From assembly GCF_006345805.1 (NCBI RefSeq), contig NC_043018.1:21638001-21702000 (forward strand): 64,000 bases of DNA. The letters are read 5' to 3'. Positions 10,757-23,500 of this stretch are shown in pieces. Under the pieces are notes generated by a model that was not told the DNA's origin, did no database searches, and saw only the letters and a list, made by a program, of their open reading frames with translations. The position numbers were made by a program, and so were the translations under genes. Source of the DNA: Octopus sinensis (taxonomy: Eukaryota). Numbering within the stretch: position 1 is the first letter of the stretch; each line of letters begins with the position of its first letter.

Positions 10757-12072
10757 CTAGCAGAATTGCCCGGCGATGCTCGGGGCTGAATTGCTTGAAA
10801 GTAGTTAATGATTGCACTGAATTATGATTATTCAGGCAAATATTGATACAAGTTTACGGTGGGAGATAAGGACTTGATGATGAAACGTGTGCCATTGCAT
10901 TGTTTTGGGGGAACCAAATTCCTAATGAGCATTATAGGGGCACCAACTTTAAGGTTGAGAATGTGTGGTGGTAGTCTGGGGGGTTCAAAGGAATTGAGTA
11001 CCTCTATTGGATAGTTGATGACGTCCTCTGGGTCAAGAGTTGTATCGATAGACTTATATACATAGACATCCCCAGGAATGAGTTTTAGCATTTCATCATT
11101 AATATGGTGAACAGTTTTATTCGTTGGGGCCAGAATAGCCTTTTGGCCAATCCAATCCATTTTGTGATAATTAGCTTGTAGATCTGGGAACACTGCATCT
11201 CTGAGATGAGAAGGCGTTTTAACAATGGTACAAATGGAATCGATGGCAATATTACCATTTTCATCCCCTGGTATTTTGTCTTCGCCAAGTGCAAGGAGGG
11301 TGTGAGAAAATGCTGCTGATGTGATATTACGTCGCATATGAGCACGCTTATTGGTGTGAAGTTTGAGAGTCTTCACCAGTGGCCACAATGTGGATGACTT
11401 AAGACACGCACTTACTGCATCAGCTCTAGTCCCTTTGGGAATAACGGGAAGTGTTTGTCGGAAGTCCCCTGAAAGAAGAAGTGTTATGCCTCCCATGAGG
11501 GCTGAAGAGTGTTTGATGTCTCTGAGAGATCTATCTAGTGCCTCAAGAGCACCTCTGTAGGCCATCGTGCATTCATCCCAAACAATAAGCTTGCATCGTC
11601 TGAAGACTTCTGCCTGATCGGAGCTGTTACTGATGTTGCAAGTTGGTGTCTCAGTCTTCGCTAAGTCAAGCGGAAGCTTGAAAGTGGAGTGAGCTGTCCT
11701 GCCGCCTGGCAACAAAGTAGCCGCAATTCCAGATGATGCCACAGCTAGGGCAATGCCTTGTGTTCGCCTAATCTCAGCCAATATTAATTTGTTGAGAAAA
11801 GTTTTCTCAGTGCCCCCAGGAGCGTCCAGGAAAAAAATCCCCACAGCTTTGGCCCGGACTGAATTAACAACGGAGTTGTAAGCGAACTTCTGTTCTAGAA
11901 GGAGCTTTGGCTCATTGTCGGCTATGTACTCGGCAAGCTCGTCAACATTAAAACATGTCTCACACAGCAAATGTGAAGACAGAGTGTTTGTGCCTTCCCG
12001 GTTTGTTGAAGATAGGCTATAGACCGGCAGGGCACTACCACCCATATCAAGTACAGTATCTTCGAACGTAGT
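10757..12072 (-). mobile_element. Helitron fragment: PIF1-family helicase coding region and intact 3' terminus
   Basis: ORF 10828-12045 contains FFLDAPGGTEKT (Walker A with G>E), VASSGIAATLLPGGRTAHS, LIVWDE, GDFRQTLPVI and LNLKVGAPIMLIRNL. The minus-strand end cccgagcatcgccggg hairpin + caattctg + CTAG is followed by T. Confidence 0.93.
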
Positions 12073-12220
12073 TTGTTACCACACAGCCACACCTGCCCCT
12101 ATGTATGTGTGTGTATGGGTAGATATATTATGCATGTATATATGTGTATATATATATGTGTACATATTACATGTACATCTATATATATATATTTTATAAA
12201 TATATATATGTTTATAAATA

Positions 12221-12258
<38 letters not shown>

Positions 12259-12300
12259 CAGATATTTATTTGTATATTACATGTTTATATATATACACAC

Positions 12301-12343
<43 letters not shown>

Positions 12344-12734
12344 ATACACACACACACCTTTTACTTGTTTCAGGTATCTGACTGTTGCTATGCTGGGGCA
12401 TCATCTTGATGCATTTTAGTTGAACAAATTGACCTCAGGCCTTTTTTTAAAGCCTAGTATTTATTGTTTAAGTTGCTGAACTGCTAAGTTACAAGAATGT
12501 AAACATACCAACACTGGTTGTCAAGCAGTGGTGGGGTACAAACACAAGACATATATATACATATATACATATACACACACAAGCTTCTTTCAGTTTCCAT
12601 CTACCAAATCCACTCACATATTTTGAAGTGAGACCGAGTTCTTATGGACTTTTTTGAAAACACAAAAAAAGTACAAGAAAACAACAGAGGACAAACAACA
12701 CAAACAAATTTATACATGAAAATAACTATTTCTA

Positions 12735-12981
12735 AACATAAAAAACACCATCCGAGCGTGGCCGTCTGCCAGCCTCGTCTGGCACCTGTGTCGGTGGCAC
12801 ATAAAATCACCCACTACACTCTCGGAGTGGTTGGCGTTAGGAAGGGCATCCAGCTGTAGAAACACTGCCAGATCTGACTGGCCTGGTGCAGCCTTCGGGC
12901 TTGCCAGACCCCAGTTGAACCGTCCAACCCATGCTAGCATGGAAAGCGGACGTTAAACGATGATGATGATGATGATGATGA
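12735..12981 (+). mobile_element. SINE-like family D
   Basis: Ends ggaaagcggacgttaaacgatgatgatg. Confidence 0.82.
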
Positions 12982-13416
12982 CAGGTGCAGGAGTGGCTGT
13001 GTGGTAAGTAGCTTGTTTACCAACCACATGGTTCTGGGTTCAGTCCCACTGCGTGGCACCTTGGGCAAGTGTCTTCTACTATAGCCACGGGCCGACCAAA
13101 GCCTTGTGAGTGGATTTGGTAGACGGAAACTGAAAGAAGCCCGTCGTATATATGTATATATATATATATATATATGTTTGTGTGTGTGCGTGTATGTTTG
13201 TATGTCTGTGTTTGTCCCCCTAGCATTGCTTGACAACCGATGCTGGTGTGGTTATGTCCCCGTTACTTAGCGGTTCGGCAAAAGAGACCGATAGAATAAG
13301 TACTGGGCTTACAAAAGAATAAGTCCCGGGGTTGATTTGCTCGATTAAAGGCGGTGCTCCAGCATGGCCGCAGTCAAATGACTGAAACGAGTAAAAGAGT
13401 AAAAGAGAGTAAAGAG
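12981..13416 (+). mobile_element. SINE family A, full length
   Basis: Complete head, internal SSR and tail. Confidence 0.88.
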
Positions 13417-13609
13417 TATACATGGTAAAATACAGTAACGTAAAAACATAAAACCATTTCAAGAGGAATGATTTAGGGAATTAATAAGAATCGTATATTA
13501 AGAGTATGTTCTTACCACAAAAGATGTTGACTACTGTGTGAGGGATGGTGGCGGAATAAGCGTTAGTACGAGGATGAACGACAATACCTGCTATCTAATG
13601 GTTCACTAC

Positions 13610-14523
13610 CAAACATCAGCTTTGAGAATTTAATCAAAATGATTTGTTGTTTATGATACGTCATCTCTTTGTACAGCTTAAAATAGGAACTGATCTCATT
13701 GTAAACTCCTCTCCTAATTTTTTATGTTATGTTCACGATTACAATAATTTTTAACAAAAACCTGCAGGCTTTCCTCTATAAGTGCCAACTGCTTAGTCAA
13801 TTTAAGTGGCTTAAGTGGATCCTTAATTGTCTCCTCTGTTCATTCTCTAACGGCATCAGATCCTTGTAGCATAAACTTTCTCTACGGGGTGGGGGGGGAC
13901 ACTAGCAACTGAATCACATCTCCCTCTGTGACTTCTTCAAATTCTACACTCTTCGCAAGTGTCACCATACCTTTCCAAATTTCATGTGGACTTTCTGCCT
14001 GAGAAAAACTTGTAACGCCATAAATACATCCTGGCCATAAATTTTCCCAAGCACTTCAAATTTGAGGGTTTCACTTCATCCCATGACTCAGTTATATTAT
14101 CAACTGCATTCATTATGTTAAATTTCTTTGAGAAATTTTTTAACTGAAGATTTGTCCATCCACTCAATGGCTTTCATAAGTTGTTTGAAAGTTCTTCTCA
14201 TATAATATGCCTTGAAATTAACTACCACACCTTGATCTATTGGCAGGAGCAAAGAAGTTGTATTCGTGGGGGACATATCCTACTCCCTTATTATCAGAAA
14301 GGTCATCTGTGTTTGCCAGTTTGTTTAGTGTATTACTCTTTTACTTGTTTCAGTCATTTGACTGCGGCCATGCTGGAGCACCGCCTTTAGTCGAGCAAAT
14401 CGACCCCGGGACTTATTCTTTGTAAGCCCAGTACTTATTCTATCGGTCTCTTTTGCCGAACCGCTAAGTGACGGGGGACGTAAACACACCAGCATCGATT
14501 GTCAAGCAATGCTAGGGGGACAA

Positions 14524-14568
<45 letters not shown>

Positions 14569-15590
14569 TACGACAGGCTTCTTTCAGTTTCCGTCTACCA
14601 AATCTACTCACAAGGCATTGGTCGGCCCGGGGCTATAGCAGAAGACACTTGCCCAAGATGCCACGCAATGGGACTGAACCTGGAACCATGTGGTTGGTTA
14701 GCAAGCTACTTACCACACAGCCACTCCTGCGCCTATTGTCTAAAAGAAGCAATGCTTTGTTAGAAATATTATGTCTGGTACTGCATGGCAGGACCAAAAA
14801 ACAAATGTTTGTAAACCACTCTTTGAAAAGGCTCTTAGTCACCCGTGCCTTATTTGAACACCAAATCAGAGGTAGATTAAACTTTGTATAACACTTGAAA
14901 GCCCTTATATTTTCAGAGTGATACACGTGTAGGGGGCTTTAATTTCATATCAGCAGCAGATGTCTGACAATTTTTGGAAGCTTTAAATCCTAGTGTTGAT
15001 TTTTCTCCTCGAGAAATAAAAGTTCTTGCAGGCAGACGCTTCCAGGAAAGTGCAGTTTCATCAACATTTGGATATTTTTTCTGGTGCGTAGCTTTCTTCG
15101 GCAATCATTTTCTTCAACTGTCCAGGATAATTAGTAACAGCTTCTGTATCAACGCTCGCAGTTTCACCAGCCATTTTTATATCATGTAAATTCATGCTTT
15201 TCTGAAACCTTTCAAACCAACCTTTATTAACCAAAAAAGGATTTTCATTAGAAGTTTCACCTTTTTTCAGCAAATTTCATATAAATGTTTGGCTCTGTTT
15301 ATCAGCATCTAATGCTAATTCTGATCCTCCATACATAGACTCAAGACTTGTTCCATTTTAAGTATTCTATTAGATCTATGGAAAAAACATAAAGTTGGGA
15401 CACTTCACAAAGTAGCTTCTTGAGCATTTGACATAATTTTCTTTCTGTTGTGATTTCTTGTTTTCAATGTAGATGTTGCAAGATTTAGTGTTTTGACAAA
15501 CTTAGTCTTACTTCTGCATCAAGTCTTTTTAAAACAAGTTTATCCAGTGTAACCCCTTTATGGTTCTTTTTTAGCACCACAGCCCTCAGG
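13610..15590 (-). pseudogene. Tigger/pogo-like DDE transposase pseudogene
   Basis: Frameshifted minus-strand fragments in order: N-terminal HTH-like region, NKGWFERFQK, GETASVD, NVDETALSWK, LPLIWCSNKARVT, KALLLLDN, (SINE), NTTSLLLPIDQGVVVNFKAYYMRRTF, FNIMNAVDNITESWDEV. TIRs not identified. Confidence 0.88.
14334..14736 (-). mobile_element. SINE family A inserted into the transposase
   Basis: Full reverse-complement copy splitting the DDE region right after LLLLDN. Confidence 0.9.
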
Positions 15591-16097
15591 AGTGTGGTAA
15601 GTAGGGCTGTGTGGTAAGTAGCTTGCTTACGAACCACATGGTTCTGGGTTCAATGTCACTGCGTGGCACCTTGGGCAAGTGTCTTCTACTATAGCCTTGG
15701 GCCGACCAAAGCCTTGTGAGTGAATTTGGTAGACGGAAACTGAAAGAAGCCCGTCATATATATATGCAGGTGAGGGAACAATAAGCAGGTGTATTAGTTT
15801 GATGCTTGGGAAGAATGGAAAAGTTTTTGACATCTAGAGCCTACACTCTTCAACCAAAAGGGATGAGAAGAAGAAAAAATGGAAAGAGAATACATGAAGC
15901 CTTGTGAGTGGATTTAGTAGACAAACTGAAAGAAGCCCATTGTATATACATCATCATCATCATCGCTTAACATCCACCTTCCGTGCTGGCATGGATGGGA
16001 TGGTTTTGACAGGAGCCGACCAGGCAGAAGCCTGCACCAGACTTCTGCAACTGTTTCAGCAGAACTTTTATAGCTGGATGCCCTTACTAATATCAAC

Positions 16098-16612
16098 CAT
16101 CATCATCATCGTTTAACGTCCGCTTTCCATGCTAGCATGGGTTGGACGGTTCAACTGGGGTCTGGCAAGCCCGAAGGCTGCACCAGGCTCCAGTCAGATC
16201 TGGCAGTGTTTCTACAGCTGGATGCCCTTCCTAACGCCAACCACTCCGAGAGTGTAATGGGTGATTTTATGTGCCACCAACACAGGTGCCAGACGAGGCT
16301 GGCAGACGGCCACGCTCGAATGGTGTTTTTTATGTGCCACCGACACAGGTGCCAGACGAGGCTGGCAGACGGCCACGCTCGGATGGTGTTTTTTATGTGC
16401 CACCGACACAGGTGCCAGACGAGGCTGGCAGACGGCCACGCTCGGATGGTGTTTTCGGTGTTTTCTTATGTGCCACCGACACAGGTGCCAGATGAGGCTG
16501 GCGAACGGCCACGATCAGATGGTGTTTGTTACGTGCCCACAGCACGGAGGCCAGTCAATGCGGTACTGGCTACGGTCCCGTTCGGATGGTTTTCTTATGG
16601 TACCACTGGTAC
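16098..16612 (-). mobile_element. Family D with about 4 internal 63-bp tandem units
   Basis: ggcagacggc recurs at 16301 and 16364 (period 63). Confidence 0.85.
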
Positions 16613-17103
16613 CACAAGGATACAAATTCCATTGATGTTCATCTATTTTGATTTGGTTTGATTTGATTTGATTCCACTGATTTGATTTGAACCACTGATA
16701 TATAAAAGAGACCGCCATCACTTCTGACTAATTTTTTTCAATCTGTATCATCATTGTTTTAACGTTCACTTTTCCATGCTTGCAGGAGTCAGACAGGATT
16801 TCTTGAGGCAGATTTTTTTTCACAGCTGGATGACCTTCCTGTTGCCAACCCTCATCTGTTTTTGAAGCAAAGTAATATTTCACCATGATTGGACATGTTT
16901 TGTTTTCATGGAAGATTCGAAATGAAGGACATCACTTGTATGACAGTGAAACTCATTCACAACAATCAAGTGATGTCAAGACAAGGAGACACCAACTCAT
17001 GTGAATATGCAAAATATTAATATACATACATGCTAACACTTGTAAATATATATAAGAGAGTATCGTAGTTTGCTTGAAGCATTGTGTATTGTTTGTAAAG
17101 AAT

Positions 17104-17354
17104 AAAAAGTTTTGAATGGTACAACAATGCACTATAATACAAACAATGGGCTATTTACCTGTTGAAATTTAGTCATCCATAGTCTGACTCCATCTAAGTA
17201 ATTTAGTCATCCATAGCAGTGACTCCATCTAAGAATATCTGAAGAAGGAATATTATTCCGAAATATCATATCAGACTATGGATGACTAAATTATAACAGG
17301 TAAATAGCCCATTGCCTATATTATAGTACATTGTTGTACCATTCAAAACTTTTT
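17104..17354. repeat. Fold-back inverted repeat (arms about 17104-17187 and 17271-17354) enclosing a hammerhead motif
   Basis: Left arm aaaaagttttgaatggtacaacaatg...agtcatccatagtctga; right arm tcagactatggatgact...cattgttgtaccattcaaaactttttt. Internal direct repeat at about 17167-17233. Confidence 0.85.
17235..17271 (+). ncRNA. Putative minimal type I hammerhead ribozyme
   Basis: ATAT-CTGAAGA-A-GGAAT-ATT-ATTCC-GAAA-TAT-C-ATAT: stem I, CUGANGA core, 5-bp stem II, GAAA, palindromic stem III and an AUC cleavage triplet. Confidence 0.6.
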
Positions 17355-17384
17355 TATTTTTTATATACTTATATATTTATACAT

Positions 17385-17568
17385 GTGACCTCGTGAGCAC
17401 CGCCAGCAATTTTTTTTCCTCTGTCTTCCCTTCTCCTTTGTTTCCGACGAAGAGCTCCACTCGAAACGTTAAACCCTCCTTCTTCCCTTCTTTCCTGAGC
17501 GTCCAATAATACTTTATTTGTTCCACGTCCTCGCGTTGCTGTGTTTTTTTGTGTTTTCTTGTTTGGAT

Positions 17569-17572
<4 letters not shown>
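17385..17572 (+). mobile_element. Penelope-like remnant with hammerhead-like motif (17440-17474)
   Basis: GTTT CCGACGA A GAG CTCCA CTC GAAAC GT T AAAC; same family as 1745-1950; ends in (TA)n. Confidence 0.55.
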
Positions 17573-17655
<83 letters not shown>

Positions 17656-17709
17656 CGGAGATGTACTTGCATAGCGAGTGACTTGATCTGAGATCGTGTG
17701 CTGGAACGA

Positions 17710-17860
17710 AAACAAATGCAGCATGGAAGGTGTGTATAAGCCATTAAAGAAACACACAAAGCGACGAAAATATTTTGACAAATTAAATTTAAATGTTGAA
17801 GTGAATCTAACGATTTTTTTGTTTCTTAAACGGCTTATAAACACCTTCCACGCTTCAATT
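17710..17860. repeat. MITE-like element with imperfect long inverted repeats
   Basis: tggaaggtgtgtataagcc (17724-17742) matches the reverse complement of 17832-17850 at 18/19 positions. Confidence 0.6.
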
Positions 17861-18103
17861 GTTATATATGTATAATTATATATATTTATGTATGTACATA
17901 TATTTATGGGCTTCTTTCAGTTTCCATCAACCAAGTTCACATTTGTCAGTCCAGGACTATAGAAGAGAAGACACTTGCCCAAGGTACCATGCAGCGGAAC
18001 TGAACCTAGATCCACAAGGTTGGGAAGCAACCTTCTTAACAACCCAGCCACACCAGCACCAACGTATATGTGTGCATGTGAGTGTGTTTATGTGTGTGCA
18101 AGT

Positions 18104-18137
<34 letters not shown>

Positions 18138-18699
18138 TGTATGATATATCTAAAATTCTGCCATTTGTCTCTATTTTCTTCATACACAGACACTGTAGTC
18201 ATGATACCCCCAATTAATTAATTAATTTTTAATTTCTTATCAACAAACTCACAGGGAAAAACACTTTATCTTTAAACGAATTACAATTTACACTATAAAT
18301 CACCTGTACATAAATATATATATCTTTCTATCTTTCTTTCTGTGTCTCTCACAGAAACACACACACACACACACACACACACATGCAAAGACTGAAGTGA
18401 ATATAGTTTAGTCCATATGTCAGGTTTAATTGTGTATAATAATACTACTACAGCCAAATTGCATTAAAAACTGGAAGTATTCTTAGCTTATGAATCACCT
18501 TTCATGTTTAGGTTTGTTGTTGAGCTCTTTCACAGCCTAAAATAGACACACATTTAAACAACAGACTACAATATTAATACAAGCAAATAAAGCAGCCACC
18601 AAGTGTTCAGTCCACTAGAAATAGCAACCAAATCTCCATACTGTATCTTACTGGTTGTGGATGTTGTGGAGTGAGAGTAAGAACTGGTAATTCGTATTG

Positions 18700-19335
18700 T
18701 AGAGTGCGAGTGAAGAATGGCTGGTTGCAGAGTGTGAGTGAGAATGAGTTGCAGTGTGTAAGGCCTGACTGCACAGTGAGTAAGGTCTAGTTGCAGATTG
18801 TGAGTGGGGTCAGGTTTCAGAATGTGAGTGAGATCTGATTGCAGAATGTGAGGGAGGATGGGTTGCAGTGTGGGGAGTAAGGTCTGGTTGAAATATGTGA
18901 GTAAAGTCTGGTTGCAGAATGTGAGTGAGGCCTGGTTGCAGAATGTGAGTGAGGCCTGGTTGAAATATGTGAGTGAGGCCTGATTGCAGAGTGTGAGTGA
19001 GGCCTGGTTGAAGGGTGTGAGTGAGGCCTGATTGAAGGGTGTGAGTGAGGTCTAGTCGCAGAGTGTGAGTGAGGTTTGGTCGCAGTGTGCGAGTGAGGTC
19101 TGGTCGCAGAGTGCGAGTGAGGTCTGGTCGCAGAGTGTGAGTGAGGTCTGTTCGCAGAGTGTGAGTGAGGTCTGGCCACAGAGTGTGAGTGAGGTCTGGC
19201 CGCAGAGTGTGAGTGAGGTCTGGCCGTAGTATGTGAGTGAGGTCTGGCCGCAGAGTGTGAGTGAGGTCTGGCCGCAGAGTGTGAGTGAGGTCTGGTCGCA
19301 GAGTGCGAGTGAGGTCTGGCCGCAGAGTGTGAGGA
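18700..19335. repeat. 24-bp minisatellite (gcagagtgtgagtgaggtctggcc)n, about 20 well-formed copies with degenerate left flank
   Basis: Direct periodicity; minus-strand translation gives the 8-aa repeat HTLRPDLT. Confidence 0.92.
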
Positions 19336-19937
19336 CTAGTAGGGGTAGAGAGTGTGAGTGAGGAATAACTGGCTGCGGGATGAGAGTAAGAGCTAGGTAG
19401 GAGCAGCAGAGGTCTGGTATAGATTCTTTGAGCGTGAGTGATGAAACTTCCTGAGATCCCGCGTTGCAGCAAGAGTAAACGAGTGGGAGGTGACGAGATG
19501 AGATGAGATGAGGACTGTTGATGCCATAGTAGAGAAAAGAGAGTCAAGTGATGAGGGTTTAAGGACATTTCAATAGTGATGATGATGATGATGATTCTCA
19601 TGAAGATGACGATGATGTTAATGATAGTGATGCTGTAAAAAGAATACAACAGCTGTGCTTCATAACATTGTTGATGATGATGATGACGACGATAATGAGG
19701 TTTCTGCATAATAATGCTTTGTCCACAAATGGTGTTTGGTTAGAATGGTACGACATGGATAAACACACCACAACTACTACCACCACCACCATCACCACTT
19801 CACTATCAATAAACTACTACTACTACAGTAGACAAACTAGTGATATTGTTACAAACATGACAACTAATATTACTACTACTACTACAATAGACAATCTAGT
19901 ACTATTACTGTTACAACTATAAACAAACTAGTATTTT

Positions 19938-19978
<41 letters not shown>

Positions 19979-20559
19979 GCTATAACAGTCTATGCTATAA
20001 GTACCATTGTGTAATCAGATTTCTTTACAACGTTTGTTGGAGACAGCTGACACCTCCCCCCACCCTTGTACCGTCACCACCACCACCGCCGCCGCCTTCA
20101 TCTTCTGGCAAAGGACAAAACTCTATGTTTATGTTACAAGGAATAACAAGGAAATGTCTAACAGGAAGTAATCTAAAGACAACAGTGGAAAAACAACAAT
20201 AATTATTTCGAGCGAGTGTTAGGGGTGATAAGGAGGGATGTGGATAGGAATAAAAGAACTAGAGCTTCAGGGGCTCACAACTCTAGCACTGTTGAGTACA
20301 ATTTATGCCTTTGAGCTGTTGGACTAAGTACTTAACCAATCCTTCTTCCACTGAATGTCAGCCTTTGGGGATTCCATCCTTGTCCTTATTTTCTCTACAG
20401 ATTATGATTGATAAATGTTGAAGTTGAAGATCAATCATACTGAACCAAAAACCCACAGCAAACAGTAGAGGACGACAAGCTGTAGCCAGGGAGGAGAACA
20501 AAGACAGGCTCTGAATAATGAATAATGGTGACAAGCTGTTTAAAACGACTGCAATAAGT

Positions 20560-23500
20560 TGTGGACAACAGGAACAAGCCACTGACACCAATGACAAGCC
20601 TGGGACAACAATGGTGACAAGTCTGGGATGACAACAGTGACAAGCCTCAGATGACAACGTTGACAAGTCTGGGACAACAATGGTGACAAGACTGGGACAA
20701 CAATAGTGACAAGACTGGGATGACAACAGTGACAAGCCTGGGACAACAATGGTGACAAGCCTGGGACAATAATGGTGACAAGCTTGGGACGACAACATTG
20801 ACAAGCCTGAGATGACAATGGTGACAAGCCTGGGATGACCACAGTGACAAGTCTGGGACAACAACGGTGACAAGCCAGGGACAACAGTGACAAGCCTGGG
20901 ATGACAATGGTGGCAAGCCTGGGACGACCACAGTGACAAGTCTGGGACAACAACGGTGACAAGCCAGGGACAACAGTGACAAGCCTGGGATGACAATGGT
21001 GGCAAGCCTGGGATGACCACAGTGACAAGTCTGGGACAACAACGGTGACAAGCCAGGGACAACAGTGACAAGCCTGGGATGACAGTGACAAGCCTGGGAT
21101 GACAATGGTGGCAAGCCTGGGACGACCACAGTGACAAGTCTGGGACAACAATGGTGACAAGCCAGGGACAACAGTGACAAGCCTGGGATGACAATGGTGG
21201 CAAGCCTGGGAGGGACGACCACAGTGACAAGTCTGGGACAACAACGGTGACAGCCAGGGACAACGTGACAAGCCGGGATGACAATGGTGGCAAGCCTGGG
21301 ATGACCACAGTGACAAGTCTGGGACAACAACGGTGACAAGCCAGGGACAACAGTGACAAGCCTGGGATGACAATGGTGGCAAGCCTGGGATGACAATGGG
21401 CAAGCCTGGGACGACCACAGTGACAAGTCTGGGACAACAACGTGACAAGCCAGGGCAACAGTGACAAGCCTGGGATGACAATGGGGCAAGCCTGGGACGA
21501 CCACAGTGACAAGTCTGGGACAACAACGGTGACAAGCCAGGGACAACAGTGACAAGCCTGGGATGACAATGGTGGCAAGCCTGGGACACCACAGTGACAA
21601 GTCTGGACAACAACGGTGACAAGCCAGGACAACATGACAGACAAGCCTGGGATGACAATGGTGGCAAGCCTGGGATGACAATGGTGGCAAGCCTGGGACG
21701 ACCACAGTGACAAGTCTGGGACAACAATGGTGACAAGCCAGGGACAACAGTGACAAGCCTGGATGACAATGGTGGCAAGCCTGGACGACCACAGTGACAA
21801 GTCTGGGACAACAACGGTGACAAGCCTGGGATGGCATGGTGGCACGCCCTGGGACGACCACAGTGACAAGTCTGGGACAACAATGGTGACAAGCCAGGGA
21901 CAACAGTGACAAGCCTGGGATGACAATGGTGGCAAGCCTGGGATGACAATGGTGGCAAGCCTGGGACGACCACAGTGACAAGTCTGGGACAACAATGGTG
22001 ACAAGCCAGGGACAACAGTGACAAGCCTGGGATGACAATGGTGGCAAGCCTGGGACGACCACAGTGACAAGTCTGGGACAACAATGGTGACAAGCCAGGG
22101 ACAACAGTGACAAGCCTGGGATGACAATGGTGGCAAGCCTGGGACGACCACAGTGACAAGTCTGGGACAACAATGGTGACAAGCCAGGGACAACAGTGAC
22201 AAGCCTGGGATGACAATGGTGGCAAGCCTGGGACGACCACAGTGACAAGTCTGGGACAACAATGGTGACAAGCCAGGACAACAGTGACAAGCCTGGGATG
22301 ACAATGGTGGCAAGCCTGGGACGACCACAGTGACAAGTCTGGGAAACATGGGACAAGCCAGGGACAACAGTGACAAGCCTGGGATGACAATGGTGGCAAG
22401 CCTGGGACGACCACAGTGACAATCTGGGACAACAATGGTGACAAGCCAGGACAACATGACAAGCCTGATGAGACAATGGTGGCAAGCCTGGCGACCACAG
22501 TGACAAGTCTGGGACACAATGGTGACAAGCCAGGGACAACAGTGACAGGCTGGGATGACAATGGTGGCAAGCCTGGACGACCACAGTGACAAGTCTGGGA
22601 CAACAATGGTGACAAGCCAGGGACAACAGTGACAAGCCTGGGATGACAATGGTGGCAAGCCTGGGACACCACAGTGACAAGTCTGGGACAACCACAGTGA
22701 CAAGTCTGGGACACAACGGTGACAAGCCAGGGACAACAGTGACAAGCCTGGGATGACATGGTGGCAAGCCTGGACGACCACAGTGACAAGTCTGGGAACA
22801 CAACGGTGACAAGCCAGGACACAACAGTGACAGCCTGGGATGACAATTGGTGCAAGCCTGGGACGACCACAGTGACAATTCTGGGACAACAACGGTGACA
22901 AGCCAGGGACAACAGTGACAACCTGGGATGACAATGGTGGCACCTGGGACGACCAGTGACAAGTCTGGGACAACAACGGTGACAAGCCAGGGACAACAGT
23001 GACAAGCTGTATGACAATGGTGGCAGCTGGGCCGGACCACAGTGACAAGTCTGGGACAACAACACGGTGACAAGCCAGGGACAACAGTGACAAGCCTGGG
23101 ATGACAATGGTGGCAAGCCTGGGACGACCAGTGACAAGTCTGGGACAACAACGGTGACAAGCCAGGGACAACAGTGACAAGCCTGGTATGACAATGGTGG
23201 CAAGCCTGGGACGACCACAGTGACAAGTCTGGGACAACAATGGTGACAAGCCAGGGACGACAACAGTGACAAGCCTGGGACGACAACAGTGACAAGCCTG
23301 GGACAACAATGGTGACAAACCTGGGACGACAACAGTGACAAACCTGGGACGACAACAGTGACAAAACTGGGATGACAGCAGTGACAACCTGGGACGACAA
23401 TGGTGACAAGACTGGGACAACAACAGTTACAAGCCTGGGACGACAACAATGAAAAGCTTGGAACTATAATGTTGACAAGCCTGGGATGACAATAGTAACA

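Noticed and set aside
10133-10827. Overlapping YIYIYI ORFs (also near 36400, 53200, 54800-55700 and 59000)
   Set aside because: Translations of TA/CA microsatellites.
12934-13236. Recurrent small ORFs such as MSSNARG... and ...VEDTCPRCHAVGLNPEPCGW
   Set aside because: Incidental translations of SINE family A and D copies, with variable stops and frames between copies.
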